A stretch of DNA of 49,245 nt, from positions 1-49,245 of the forward strand of contig JAJDOB010000145.1 of the NCBI GenBank assembly GCA_022340385.1. The letters run 5' to 3'. Numbering within the stretch: position 1 is the stretch's first letter; the number at the start of each line of letters is the position of its first letter. The translations under genes and the position numbers were made by a program. The notes under the pieces were generated by a model. That model had not been told where the DNA came from. It did no database searches and saw only the letters and a program-made list of their open reading frames with translations. Positions 1 to 9,215 of the stretch are shown here, one piece after another. This DNA comes from Rhodobacter sp. (GTDB lineage: Bacteria > Pseudomonadota > Alphaproteobacteria > Rhodobacterales > Rhodobacteraceae).

Positions 1-166
1 AGATTTGGAATAGGTCCATCCCCCGGTCTGTCAATGCCAGCGCAACTACCGCTACCGTCAAGCCCATCGCAAAACGGTCCAGAAACTGGTGTACTTGAAA
101 CACCCGAATGTGCCGCCGCGCCGAGTCAGTCAGCGCAGCAAATGAAAATTCTGTTTCGGGTGCCAT
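1..166 (-). CDS. partial CDS (N-terminus only, continues past window start); possible MFS-type membrane transporter
   Basis: Hand translation of the minus strand from ATG at 166-164 gives MAPETEFSFAALTDSARRHIRVFQVHQFLDRFAMGLTVAVVALALTDRGMDLFQI..., open to the window edge. The hydrophobic TM1/loop pattern resembles MFS N-termini. An in-frame stop lies just upstream. SD is weak. Too short to appear in the ORF track. Confidence 0.3.
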   Translation of the reverse strand, partial: MAPETEFSFAALTDSARRHIRVFQVHQFLDRFAMGLTVAVVALALTDRGMDLFQI

Positions 167-319
167 GCTTGCAACATCAACCTCGCCGCCACAATTCACA
201 ACATCGGATGTGAGCCGAGATCAATCTCGCGCACACCGAAGTGGCCGTTTGAACAGGCATAGCGAAAGGCCGTTTCGTCCCGCACACCAGCCGTCGGCCC
301 GCGTGTTACGCCAACCGCC

Positions 320-1090
320 TCAGGCGCTGATCTTTTCGCGCGCGTCCTGCGGCAGTTTCGCCGGATCCACGGGCGGCACCTTGCCGTTGGGATAGACAAG
401 GCCGGCGGATATCACCAGTTTGGCACAATCCTCGACGCTCATCTTCAACTCGATCACATCGCGTTGCGGTACGAACAGCAGAAAGCCCGAGGTCGGGTTC
501 GGCGTGGTCGGCAGGAAGACCGACACCATCTGATCGTCCACCTTGATACTGTCCTGGATCTCGCCTTTCGCGGTGGTCGAGATAAAGGCGATCGCCCAGA
601 TACCCTTGCGCGGATATTCCACCAGACAGGCCTTGTCGAAAGAGGTTTCGCTTTGCGCGAATACCGTTTCGGCGATCTGTTTCAACCCGTTGTAGATCGA
701 CCGGACCACCGGCATCCGGTCAACCAGCTGTTCCCCCCAGAGAAGCAGCGAGCGTCCGATCAGGCCCTTGGCGACCCAGCCGACAAAGACCGTGAACAGC
801 AGGAAGAACACCACGCCGACGCCACGCAGGTTGACCGTGATCCAGTCTTCGCCCCTTGGGTCGGTATTGCCCAGCCAGCGGTTGATCAGGCTTTCGGGCA
901 TGTAGGCGTGGGGAACGAACGGCAGCACGAAGGCATCGACCCAGCCGATCACCGTCCATACCAGCCAGACCGTCAGCCCGATCGGGGCGATCACCACCAG
1001 TCCGGTCAGAAAACTGTTGCGCAGGCCGGCGAACCGGGCGCGGCGCGGCTTTGCCGGTTCGGGATCGTTGGGATCGAATGGTGGGGTCAT
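320..1090 (-). CDS. DUF502 domain-containing membrane protein
   Basis: 256-aa ORF. The N-terminal LTGLVVIAPIGLTVWLVWTVIGWVD TM segment, a second TM, and the ...VEYPRKGIWAIAFIS...VFLPTTPNPTSGFLLFVP motif are typical of the DUF502 family. Confidence 0.8.
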   Translation of the reverse strand: MTPPFDPNDPEPAKPRRARFAGLRNSFLTGLVVIAPIGLTVWLVWTVIGWVDAFVLPFVPHAYMPESLINRWLGNTDPRGEDWITVNLRGVGVVFFLLFTVFVGWVAKGLIGRSLLLWGEQLVDRMPVVRSIYNGLKQIAETVFAQSETSFDKACLVEYPRKGIWAIAFISTTAKGEIQDSIKVDDQMVSVFLPTTPNPTSGFLLFVPQRDVIELKMSVEDCAKLVISAGLVYPNGKVPPVDPAKLPQDAREKISA

Positions 1091-1172
1091 CGGACCTTGC
1101 GACTATAAAGACTGATGGAACATAGGGGCTTTGTCGCGCCGCCACAACACACCTGAACGTGCGCGTGACGTT

Positions 1173-2135
1173 TCACATCTCAAGGTTGCGCAATTCGCGG
1201 GCAATTCCTGCCGCAAGCTGTGCATTGTTGACCACAAGCGCGATATTCGCCGTCAGCGACCGGCCTGCCGTCAACTCGTATATCCGGGTCAGCAGGAACG
1301 GCGTGACCGCCTTGCCGGTGACCCCCAGCACTTCGGCATCGCCAAGCGCGGTCTCGACCGCGATCTGCATCTCGTCGAAGGGAATTTCGTCCGCCTGCGG
1401 AATCGGGTTGGTGATCAGCTGCCCCCCCGTCAGCCCCATATCGCGGCGCATCAGGTGCGCGCGCACCAGATCGCGGCACGTATCCAGCCGCAACGGCGCC
1501 GACAGGCCCGAAGAGCGGGACCAGAAGGCGGGCAGGTCGTCCTGACCCACGGCGATCACCGGCACGCCACAGGTTTCCAGCACCTCGAGCGTCTTGGGCA
1601 GGTCCAGAATGGCCTTGGCCCCGGCGCAGACCACGCTGACCGGGGTCAGCGCCAGTTCACGCAGATCGGCCGAGATGTCAAAACTGTCGGCGGCCCCGCG
1701 ATGCACGCCGCCGATGCCGCCGGTGGCAAACACATCTATCCCCGCCAGATGCGCGGCGATCATCGTGGCGGCGACGGTGGTGGCCCCGGTCGCGCCGGTT
1801 GCAATCGCCACGGCCAGATCGGCGCGCGACAGTTTCATCACGTCGACGGCCCGCGACAGCGCCATCAGCTGCGCGTCGCTCAGCCCTATGTGCAACTGGC
1901 CCTTCAGCACGGCAATCGTGGCGGGCACCGCACCCGCCGCACGCACGGCGGCCTCGACCTTGCGGGCCGTGTCCAGATTGTGCGGCTGGGGCATGCCATG
2001 GGTGATGATGGTGGATTCCAGCGCAACAACGGGCGCGCCGGATGCGCGCGCCTCGGCCACTTCGGGCGAAAACTGCAACGGGATCAATTCAGGCCACCTC
2101 GCCGGAAATATAGTTGGCCGCCTCGCGCAGGGCAT
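1173..2135 (-). CDS. psuG: pseudouridine-5'-phosphate glycosidase
   Basis: PVVALESTIITHGMPQP, ATTVAATMI, FATGGIGGVHRG and DISADL motifs align along the whole length with the PsuG/YeiN family. The true start may be TTG at 2087, which has a GAGG SD and lies 1 nt after the psuK stop, rather than ATG at 2135, which overlaps psuK by 47 nt. Confidence 0.9.
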   Translation of the reverse strand: MPCARRPTIFPARWPELIPLQFSPEVAEARASGAPVVALESTIITHGMPQPHNLDTARKVEAAVRAAGAVPATIAVLKGQLHIGLSDAQLMALSRAVDVMKLSRADLAVAIATGATGATTVAATMIAAHLAGIDVFATGGIGGVHRGAADSFDISADLRELALTPVSVVCAGAKAILDLPKTLEVLETCGVPVIAVGQDDLPAFWSRSSGLSAPLRLDTCRDLVRAHLMRRDMGLTGGQLITNPIPQADEIPFDEMQIAVETALGDAEVLGVTGKAVTPFLLTRIYELTAGRSLTANIALVVNNAQLAAGIARELRNLEM

Positions 2136-2979
2136 TCTTCAGCGCCGCCTCGCTGGACGCGCCCTGCGCCTCTGCCGCGACATGGGCCGCCATGAACGTG
2201 TCGCCGGCACCGGTAACGCGGGTGACCATGACCTCGGGCGGGCGCGCGGAAAACACGCCCGACGGGCTGGCCTCGCAGGCCATGTTGCTGCCGTCGGTCA
2301 CCAGAACCCGCGTAGCGCCGCGTTGCCGCATCCCGAGCGCGGCGGCCTCGGAGCTTTCGAAACGGCAGTGGCACAGCAATCCGGCTTCTTCCAGATTGAC
2401 GTATAGCGTTGCGCGCGCATGGGTCATCAGCGGCGTAAGGCGTTCGGCCTTGCCCGGGCTGGCGGGTGCAACCCGCAGATCGGCCGCGCCGAACAGCGGG
2501 CTGGCGGCGATCAGACCAAGCTGATCTTCGGTCAGGTTGCCGTCCAGCGCGATGATGCCGGGGTAGGGCGCCTGCGCGCTGCCCAGACGCCCGTCGCCAA
2601 GCGCGCGCAGAATCTTGTCGCCCGCCGCCTCCAGCGAATGCGCATCTGCGATTGCCGCAATCAACCCGTTCGCGCCTTCGACGGCCATATAGCGGTCGGT
2701 CGGCAGATCGTCGGACAGATAGACATGGTCGGTGATCATGCCCATGCGCCGGCATTGCGCCAGCAACTCGACGCCCTCTTCGTCACGGCCAATCGCCGTC
2801 AGCAGCGCCGGGGTCATCCCGAAGCGGCGCAGCGTCATCGCGATGTTCATCGCCACACCGCCGGGCAGGCGGGTGATGCGACCGGGCACGTCACTGCCCA
2901 CCCGCATATGGCTGGCAGAGCGCCCGATCACGTCCCACAGAACGGAACCGATGCACAGGATATCAGCGGTATTGTCCAT
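2089..2979 (-). CDS. psuK: PfkB-family carbohydrate kinase, probable pseudouridine kinase
   Basis: PfkB signature ...VTGAGDTFMAAHVA... near the C-terminus and N-terminal ILCIGSVLWDVIG. It lies immediately upstream of psuG, the conserved psuK-psuG arrangement. Confidence 0.8.
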   Translation of the reverse strand: MDNTADILCIGSVLWDVIGRSASHMRVGSDVPGRITRLPGGVAMNIAMTLRRFGMTPALLTAIGRDEEGVELLAQCRRMGMITDHVYLSDDLPTDRYMAVEGANGLIAAIADAHSLEAAGDKILRALGDGRLGSAQAPYPGIIALDGNLTEDQLGLIAASPLFGAADLRVAPASPGKAERLTPLMTHARATLYVNLEEAGLLCHCRFESSEAAALGMRQRGATRVLVTDGSNMACEASPSGVFSARPPEVMVTRVTGAGDTFMAAHVAAEAQGASSEAALKNALREAANYISGEVA

Positions 2980-3125
2980 GGCACCTTAAAGCGCGCGGGC
3001 GCGGGACTGGCAAGGGGAGGAAGTGGCGCCATCGCAAGCGCCTGAAGGTCGCTCAATGGGCCTGCACCATGGCCGCGAACGGTGACTCTGGGGGGATCGG
3101 TCTTCCGGTCGTGGGGCGCGTGCGC

Positions 3126-3506
3126 CTACTCGCGTTCGACCGTGAGTTGCTGAATGACCGGCGCGTTCGCACCGCCGCGATACAGGACGTACACCCTGAA
3201 ACTTCCTGTGCTTCCGGTCAGGCTGCCAAGGATAAAGGAGCGGCCGCCATCCACAGAGTGCCCGGAATGTATTTGCGTGAAACGCCAGTTCGAGCCCCGA
3301 TCCAGAAACTGTTGCAGGATGTTGGTGGCGTAGGACTCCGAAAGCATTTCCTCTACTTGGTCAACCGCCATCAAGACATGATCGTCGAAATAGCTGGCAA
3401 CCGGCGCGGCGCGCCCGGTCGATAACTGGCCAAAGATCGCGCGCACGTCCCCTGCGACCGCTGGCACCGCAACGGCAAGGGTGAGCAGGAACAACAAATA
3501 TCTCAC
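3126..3506 (-). CDS. secreted DUF4783-like protein
   Basis: The ORF track gives 3126..3539. A GTG at 3506 preceded by GAGG yields a clean signal peptide, VRYLLFLLTLAVAVPAVAG|D. The mature part (YFDDHV..., ILQQFL..., FTQIHSG.S.DGG.SF.LGSLTGSTGSFRVYVL...VIQQLTVE) resembles the DUF4783 pattern recalled from Bacteroidetes proteins. Confidence 0.6.
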   Translation of the reverse strand: MRYLLFLLTLAVAVPAVAGDVRAIFGQLSTGRAAPVASYFDDHVLMAVDQVEEMLSESYATNILQQFLDRGSNWRFTQIHSGHSVDGGRSFILGSLTGSTGSFRVYVLYRGGANAPVIQQLTVERE

Positions 3507-3751
3507 GGGAACCTCGGCTTCTGCTAATGAGCAGATCATGTCAGATCAATAAGACTCTGGCAATCGGGTGGCAGCCCACAGTCATGTCCACGAACACGCC
3601 CTTGCGCTTTTCGTTCGGGTCCTTTAGACGCGCGCTTACGAAATCCACAGGTGTGGCTTGGGCCTTGCAGGGAGAAATCCTGTAGCGTCCGCCGGTTGGG
3701 CAATAGCCTGAACAGCCGCACCAAGGTATGAAACCGGAAAGGATACTAAAG

Positions 3752-4552
3752 ATGGCTCTTCCTGAGTTCTCTCTGCGTCAGCTGTTGGAAGCTGGCGTCC
3801 ACTTTGGCCACCAGACCCAGCGATGGAACCCCAAGATGGGTGAATTCATCTATGGCGACCGCAATGGCATCCACATTCTTGACCTGACGCAGACCGTCCC
3901 GATGCTGGACGCGGCCCTGAACGCGGTGCGCGAAGTGGTTGCCAAGGGTGGCAGCATCCTGTTCGTCGGCACCAAGCGTCAGGCGCAACGCCCGATTGCC
4001 GAGGCTGCCGAGCGCTGTGCGCAATTCTACATGAACCACCGCTGGCTTGGCGGCACGCTGACCAACTGGAAGACGGTCAGCCAGTCGATCAGCCGGCTGA
4101 AGCAGATTGACGAGCAGATGGTCGAAGGCGCCGATGGCCTGACCAAGCGCGAGCGCCTGTCGATCGAGCGCGACCGCGCCAAGCTGGAAGCCTCGCTTGG
4201 CGGCATTCGCGAAATGGGCGGCCTGCCGGACCTGATCTTCGTGATCGACGTGAACAAGGAAGACCTGGCGATTGCCGAGGCCAACAAGCTGGGCATCCCG
4301 GTCGTGGCCGTGGTCGACAGCAACTGTTCGCCCGCCGGCATCGACTATATCATTCCCGGCAATGACGACGCCGCCCGTGCCATTGCGCTGTATTGCGATC
4401 TGGTCAGCCGCGCCGCGCTTGACGGGATGAGCGCGCAGCTTGGTGCCGCAGGCATCGACATCGGCGAGGCCGAGGAAGCCCCGGTCGAGGAGGCCATCGT
4501 CGAAGAGGCCCCCGCAGACGCCGCCGCCGAAGAAGCCAAAGCCGAGGCGTAA
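3752..4552 (+). CDS. rpsB: 30S ribosomal protein S2
   Basis: [29 protein letters not shown]..., the canonical S2 N-terminus. It has the acidic Ala/Glu-rich C-terminal tail typical of alphaproteobacteria. The ORF-track start at 3728 is probably 8 codons too long. Confidence 0.97.
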   Translation: MALPEFSLRQLLEAGVHFGHQTQRWNPKMGEFIYGDRNGIHILDLTQTVPMLDAALNAVREVVAKGGSILFVGTKRQAQRPIAEAAERCAQFYMNHRWLGGTLTNWKTVSQSISRLKQIDEQMVEGADGLTKRERLSIERDRAKLEASLGGIREMGGLPDLIFVIDVNKEDLAIAEANKLGIPVVAVVDSNCSPAGIDYIIPGNDDAARAIALYCDLVSRAALDGMSAQLGAAGIDIGEAEEAPVEEAIVEEAPADAAAEEAKAEA

Positions 4553-4632
4553 CACACGCCCCGAAACCGATACCGGAAGGCGGTACTGCCGTCTTTCGGT
4601 CGATTCCGACATATTCAAGAGGAGCCAGAGAC

Positions 4633-5508
4633 ATGGCAATCACCGCAAGCATGGTGAAAGAGCTGCGCGAAAGCACCGGCGCAGGCATGATGGACGCCAA
4701 GAAGGCGCTGACCGAAACCGATGGCAACATGGATGCCGCCGTCGACTGGCTGCGCACCAAGGGCCTTGCGAAAGCCGCCAAGAAATCCGGGCGCACCGCC
4801 GCCGAGGGCCTTGTGGCCGTTGCCGTTGACGGGGGCAGGGGTGTCGCCGTCGAGGTGAACTCCGAAACCGATTTCGTCGGCAAGAACGCCGAGTTTCAGG
4901 ACATGGTGCGCGCCATTGCCGGCGCTGCCATGACCGTGTCGGATATCGACGCGCTGAAAGCGGCCGATCTGGGCGGCAAGACCGTCGAGGAAACCGTGAC
5001 CGCCAAGATCGCCACCATCGGCGAGAACATGAGCGTCCGCCGGATGGCGACGCTCGAAGGCGACGTCGTGGTCTCTTACGTGCATGGCGCCGCGGCCCCC
5101 GGCATGGGCAAGATCGGTGTGCTGGTCGCGCTGAAAGGCGCCGACAACGGGATCGGCAAGCAGATTGCGATGCATGTCGCCGCCGCCAACCCCGCGTCGC
5201 TGTCGCAGGCCGATCTCGACCCGGCTGTCGTCGAGAAGGAAAAGCAAATCCAGATGGACATCGCCCGCGAATCCGGCAAGCCCGAGGCAGTGATCGAAAA
5301 GATGATCGTCGGACGGATGGCCAAATGGCTGGCCGAGGTCACGCTGCTGGGGCAGGCCTTTGTGGTGAATCCCGATCTGACGGTCGAGGCCGCCGCGAAA
5401 GAGGCCGGTGTCGAAGTCACCGGTTTCGTGCGCCTTGAAGTCGGCGAGGGCATCGAGAAGGCCGCCGAAGACTTTGCCGCCGAAGTGGCGAAAGTCGCCA
5501 AGGGCTAG
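4633..5508 (+). CDS. tsf: translation elongation factor Ts
   Basis: [26 protein letters not shown]..., with a GAGGAG SD upstream, in the conserved rpsB-tsf pair. Confidence 0.97.
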   Translation: MAITASMVKELRESTGAGMMDAKKALTETDGNMDAAVDWLRTKGLAKAAKKSGRTAAEGLVAVAVDGGRGVAVEVNSETDFVGKNAEFQDMVRAIAGAAMTVSDIDALKAADLGGKTVEETVTAKIATIGENMSVRRMATLEGDVVVSYVHGAAAPGMGKIGVLVALKGADNGIGKQIAMHVAAANPASLSQADLDPAVVEKEKQIQMDIARESGKPEAVIEKMIVGRMAKWLAEVTLLGQAFVVNPDLTVEAAAKEAGVEVTGFVRLEVGEGIEKAAEDFAAEVAKVAKG

Positions 5509-5545
5509 CTCGATACGGCGGCCCGCAAGGGCGGCAACAAAATTG

Positions 5546-5583
5546 AAACGGTGCGGTCCCGAAGGTCCGCACCGTTTCCTTTG
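5546..5583 (+). terminator. rho-independent terminator of rpsB-tsf
   Basis: An 11-bp perfect stem, AAACGGTGCGG (5546-5556) / CCGCACCGTTT (5567-5577), is followed by CCTTTG, 38 nt after the tsf stop. Confidence 0.7.
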
Positions 5584-5897
5584 ACGCCCCGACAACGGTT
5601 GGGGATGAGGACCGGGGCGCCTGCACACACTACCTGGTGCCGGACCAAACGATGGACTATACACCCTCCGGCCCGGCGTCCGGTTGCCCGGAACGAACCT
5701 GCTGCGACCTGCTATCTCAGGTGCCCGAGGCCCGTAGTTCCCTGGCAAAAATGCCACCACTCACGGAACAGGTTAAGACTGCCGGTTAACGTAAGGTAAA
5801 TAAAGTAGGGGATTCCATACCCTTGCTGAATTTGCCGGATTCCCGCCAAGCGCAATTTTAAAAATAGCATTGTGTTTCAATTGGTTGATGGGCGCTC

Positions 5898-6656
5898 TTA
5901 ATTCGAGCCGATACCTTCAACCAGGAAGATCTGGTTCTGAAAAGAGGCCTTAGCCACCGCTTGCGCCGTGGTTTCGACGTCCAGCGCCTCGCGCGCCAGA
6001 CGCAGATGTTTCTCTACTGTCGCCGGGGTCAGCCCCATGATCGTGCCGATATCCTGCGTGGTCTTGCCTTCTCCGACCCATTCCAGCGTCTCGCGCTGGC
6101 GCTTGGTCAGGGTCTTGCGGGCCACGACTTCGTACGGCAGGTTCATCACTTTCAGATGCAGGATGTTGTTCATCACCACGATTTCGCGGCCGCGGTTTTC
6201 CCACATCGCATCGACGGCTTCCTGGCTGACATCCGGGTCGGCGATCAATGCGATCGCTGCAATAGCTCGTGGCGATATCCCATTGAAACTTATAGAATAT
6301 CCGGACGTCACGCCCTTGGACAGATTGAACTGGGATACCTTGTGCTCCTCGGGCGTCAGAAGATGCGCATTTTCACGAATCCAGCTCCAGCTGCCGGCAC
6401 CGGTGTTTTCCAGCGCCCAGTGCACCATCGGCGCATGCAGGTACAGCCCCTGATTGATGAACGGATCGGTGTAATCCGCGTCGAGGTTGGTCAGGATCAG
6501 GAAATCATCACGGTTGCCCAGGCTGGTGCGTGTCCGCGAACGCGTCATGCCGTAAAGCAGACGGTTGAACCCGTATTCGGCCATAGCTTCGCAATGCAGC
6601 GGCCAGGCTTCCTCGATCGTTGGTGCCGCCGTCAGGCGTTCCATATAGCCCAGCAT
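5898..6656 (-). CDS. LuxR-family transcriptional regulator with autoinducer-binding-type N-domain (LuxR solo)
   Basis: The C-terminal HTH reads LTKRQRETLEWVGEGKTTQDIGTIMGLTPATVEKHLRLAREAL. The N-domain has the LuxR ligand-domain layout. The ORF track extends to 6725, but ATG at 6656 (MLGYMERL...) has a GAGGAG SD 7 nt upstream. No luxI-like gene is present in the window. Confidence 0.8.
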   Translation of the reverse strand: MLGYMERLTAAPTIEEAWPLHCEAMAEYGFNRLLYGMTRSRTRTSLGNRDDFLILTNLDADYTDPFINQGLYLHAPMVHWALENTGAGSWSWIRENAHLLTPEEHKVSQFNLSKGVTSGYSISFNGISPRAIAAIALIADPDVSQEAVDAMWENRGREIVVMNNILHLKVMNLPYEVVARKTLTKRQRETLEWVGEGKTTQDIGTIMGLTPATVEKHLRLAREALDVETTAQAVAKASFQNQIFLVEGIGSN

Positions 6657-6782
6657 TCGCCATCTCCTCGACGCCATAACGCCTAGGGCAGGCGGCCGTG
6701 CAAAGCGATACAGCCAAATTCCCAATCGTTACAGCGCATCCCCTCGCGCAACTGGGCAAAAGATAGCAGGAAGTTTCAGCTG

Positions 6783-6796
6783 TTATCAATTGATAA
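6783..6796. promoter_or_regulatory. perfect 14-bp palindrome TTATCAATTGATAA upstream of the LuxR solo (candidate operator)
   Basis: Read directly from the sequence. It lies about 130 bp upstream of the preferred luxR start, in a low-GC spacer. Confidence 0.35.
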
Positions 6797-6989
6797 ACAA
6801 CGCGTTTTCGGGTGAATGCGCGACCGGACCTGATACATTCGTCGTAGGTCGCGCTGTTTCTTGCCGTGTTCTGCGGCAAACGAACCCCGTGGGCAACTGT
6901 GCGCTGTGCCCGTTGGATATCAATGCGGTCCGCCAGCGCCTTGCGGATCGCACGGCAATATAGTTTACATAATACCGATTATAGGACTT

Positions 6990-7679
6990 TCACCCCAGCG
7001 CGTAGCCGGCACCGCGCACCGTGCGCAACGGGTCTTCCCCGCCGCTTTTGCACAGTACCTTGCGCAGCCGGCCGATATGCACATCGACGGTGCGCGTGTC
7101 GACAGAGATATCGCGGCCCCAGACCCTATCCAGCAATTGCTCGCGGCTGAATACCCGGCCGGGTTTCTCCATGAAGGTCGCCAGCAAGCGGAACTCTGTC
7201 GGCCCAAGCTTCAGCGTCGCGTCGCCGCGAAACGCCTTGTGGGTCTCTGCGTCCAGAACGATATCTTCGTATTCCAGACGCTGGCCCACCGCCGCAGGCC
7301 GCGTTCGGCGCAGCTGGGTGCGAATGCGCGCCATCAGCTCGACCACAGAGTACGGTTTGACCATGTAGTCATCGGCGCCGGTTTCCAGCCCCCTGACCCG
7401 GTCGACCTCTTCCGAGCGTGCCGACAGCATGATGATCGGAACCGCCCGGGTCGCCGCGCGGGATTTCAGCCGCCGGCAGATCTCGATTCCGGAAACACCC
7501 GGCAGCATCCAGTCCAGCAGGATCAGGTCGGGCACTTCCTCGTCCACCAGCAGCAGCGCCTCGTCGCCGGTGGCCGCGGCGATCACGGTCAGACCCTCGG
7601 CCTGAAGGTTGTAGCTGAGGACTTCAAGCTGCGCAGGTTCGTCCTCGACCACCAGAAGCTTTGGTTGGGTCGTCGCCAT
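6990..7679 (-). CDS. phoB: phosphate regulon response regulator PhoB
   Basis: An OmpR-family receiver (LLVVEDEP...LILLDWMLPGVSG) plus winged helix (...RTVDVHIGRLRK...RTVRGAGYAL), at the end of the pst-phoU cluster. Confidence 0.92.
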   Translation of the reverse strand: MATTQPKLLVVEDEPAQLEVLSYNLQAEGLTVIAAATGDEALLLVDEEVPDLILLDWMLPGVSGIEICRRLKSRAATRAVPIIMLSARSEEVDRVRGLETGADDYMVKPYSVVELMARIRTQLRRTRPAAVGQRLEYEDIVLDAETHKAFRGDATLKLGPTEFRLLATFMEKPGRVFSREQLLDRVWGRDISVDTRTVDVHIGRLRKVLCKSGGEDPLRTVRGAGYALG

Positions 7680-8392
7680 CAGTCGCCGGTTTCCGCACTA
7701 TAGGGTGTTGCATCGCTTTTGGGGCGCGAGTCCTCTGGCAGTTCGCCGGTGACCAGGTAGATGACCTGCTCTGAGATCGAGGTCACGTGATCGCCCATGC
7801 GTTCCACGTTCTTGGCAATGAAATGCAGGTGCATCGCCGCCGTGATGTTGCGCGGGTCTTCCATCATGTGGGTCAGCAATTCGCGAAACATCGCGTTATA
7901 CATCTGGTCGATATCGTCGTCACGCTGGCGGACCTGTTCGGCAAGTTCGGCGTCGCGCTGGATATAGGCGTCAAGCGCGTCTTTCAGCATCAGCCCGACA
8001 TCGCGCGCCATCCGCCGGATCGACGCGGACACACCTTCGATATTCGGCATCTGAACCAGCGCACTGGTGCGCTTGGCAAGATTCTTGGTGTAATCGCCGC
8101 AGCGTTCCAGGTTGGCGCTGATCTTCAGCACGCTCAGCACGGTGCGAAGATCTCCGGCGATGGGCGCGCGCAGCGCCAGCGTGCGTGCCACCTGCTGGTT
8201 CACGTCCTCTTCCAGCGCGTCGATCTGCTTGTCGGCCTTGCGCACCCGGTTCGCCAGTTCCTCGTCCCGGTTGATCAGCGCCTCGGTTGCGTCATGGATC
8301 GAGTTCTCGACCAGTCCGCCCATTTTCATGATCAGTGCCTGAAGCTTTTCCAGGTCGCGGTCGAAGGCCGACGAGATGTGTTTTTCCTGCAT
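7679..8392 (-). CDS. phoU: phosphate signalling complex protein PhoU
   Basis: Duplicated PhoU repeats (...ISANLERCGDYTKNLA... and ...IAKNVERMGDHVTSI...), positioned between pstB and phoB. Confidence 0.95.
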   Translation of the reverse strand: MQEKHISSAFDRDLEKLQALIMKMGGLVENSIHDATEALINRDEELANRVRKADKQIDALEEDVNQQVARTLALRAPIAGDLRTVLSVLKISANLERCGDYTKNLAKRTSALVQMPNIEGVSASIRRMARDVGLMLKDALDAYIQRDAELAEQVRQRDDDIDQMYNAMFRELLTHMMEDPRNITAAMHLHFIAKNVERMGDHVTSISEQVIYLVTGELPEDSRPKSDATPYSAETGD

Positions 8393-8396
8393 GGTC

Positions 8397-9215
8397 CTAT
8401 CCGATCCGTCCAGAGATGTAGCTTTCGGTGCGCGGGTCTTCGGGGTTGGTGAAAATATGGCCGGTTTCCCCGAATTCCACCAGGTTGCCGAGGTGGAAGA
8501 ATGCGGTTTTCTGGCTGACGCGGGCCGCCTGCTGCATCGAATGGGTAACGATCACCACAGAATAGCGCTGGCGCAATTCATCCATCAGATCCTCGACCTG
8601 GCTGGTCGCAATCGGATCAAGCGCCGAGCAAGGCTCGTCCATCAGCAGCACTTCCGGCGAAGTCGCGATGGCGCGCGCGATGCACAGCCGCTGTTGCTGG
8701 CCGCCCGACAGCCCGGTGCCCGGCGCGGCCAGCCTGTCCTTGACCTCGTCCCAGATCGCCGCGCGCCTCAGGGAATTCTCGACGATCTCGTCCAGTTCGG
8801 TTCGGTTCCTGGCAAGCCCGTGGATGCGCGGGCCATAGGCGACGTTGTCATAGATGGATTTCGGAAACGGGTTGGGCTTTTGAAACACCATGCCGACCTT
8901 GGCGCGCAACTGGACCGGATCGACGTCCTTGTGATAGATGTCCTCGCCGTCCAGCCGGATGTCGCCGCTGACACGGCAGACTTCGATGGTGTCGTTCATC
9001 CGGTTCAGACAGCGCAGGAAAGTGGATTTGCCACAGCCCGACGGGCCGATGAACGCGGTAACGGTCTTGTCCTCGATATCGACATTCACGTCCTTGATGG
9101 CATGCGTGTCGCCATAAAAGACCTGCACGCCGCTGGCCGAGAATTTGATGTCGTTCATTGTCACGTTCCTGGTTGCTCTGTCGGTGTCATACATAATCCG
9201 GTGTCCTTCTACCAA
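8397..9215 (-). CDS. pstB: phosphate ABC transporter ATP-binding protein PstB
   Basis: Walker [10 protein letters not shown], signature [14 protein letters not shown] and Walker [12 protein letters not shown]. The start is uncertain: ATG at 9215 overlaps pstA by 7 nt, and the alternatives are ATG at 9194 or 9158. Confidence 0.95.
   Translation of the reverse strand: MVEGHRIMYDTDRATRNVTMNDIKFSASGVQVFYGDTHAIKDVNVDIEDKTVTAFIGPSGCGKSTFLRCLNRMNDTIEVCRVSGDIRLDGEDIYHKDVDPVQLRAKVGMVFQKPNPFPKSIYDNVAYGPRIHGLARNRTELDEIVENSLRRAAIWDEVKDRLAAPGTGLSGGQQQRLCIARAIATSPEVLLMDEPCSALDPIATSQVEDLMDELRQRYSVVIVTHSMQQAARVSQKTAFFHLGNLVEFGETGHIFTNPEDPRTESYISGRIG

Noticed and set aside
5584-5760. Possible SRP (4.5S) or 6S RNA in the tsf-downstream spacer, prompted by GGTGCCGGACC-like strings
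   Set aside because: The conserved SRP domain IV motif (GGAAGCAGCC / AGGTCCGGAAGG context) is absent on both strands. The 6S-like long bulged helix is not evident.
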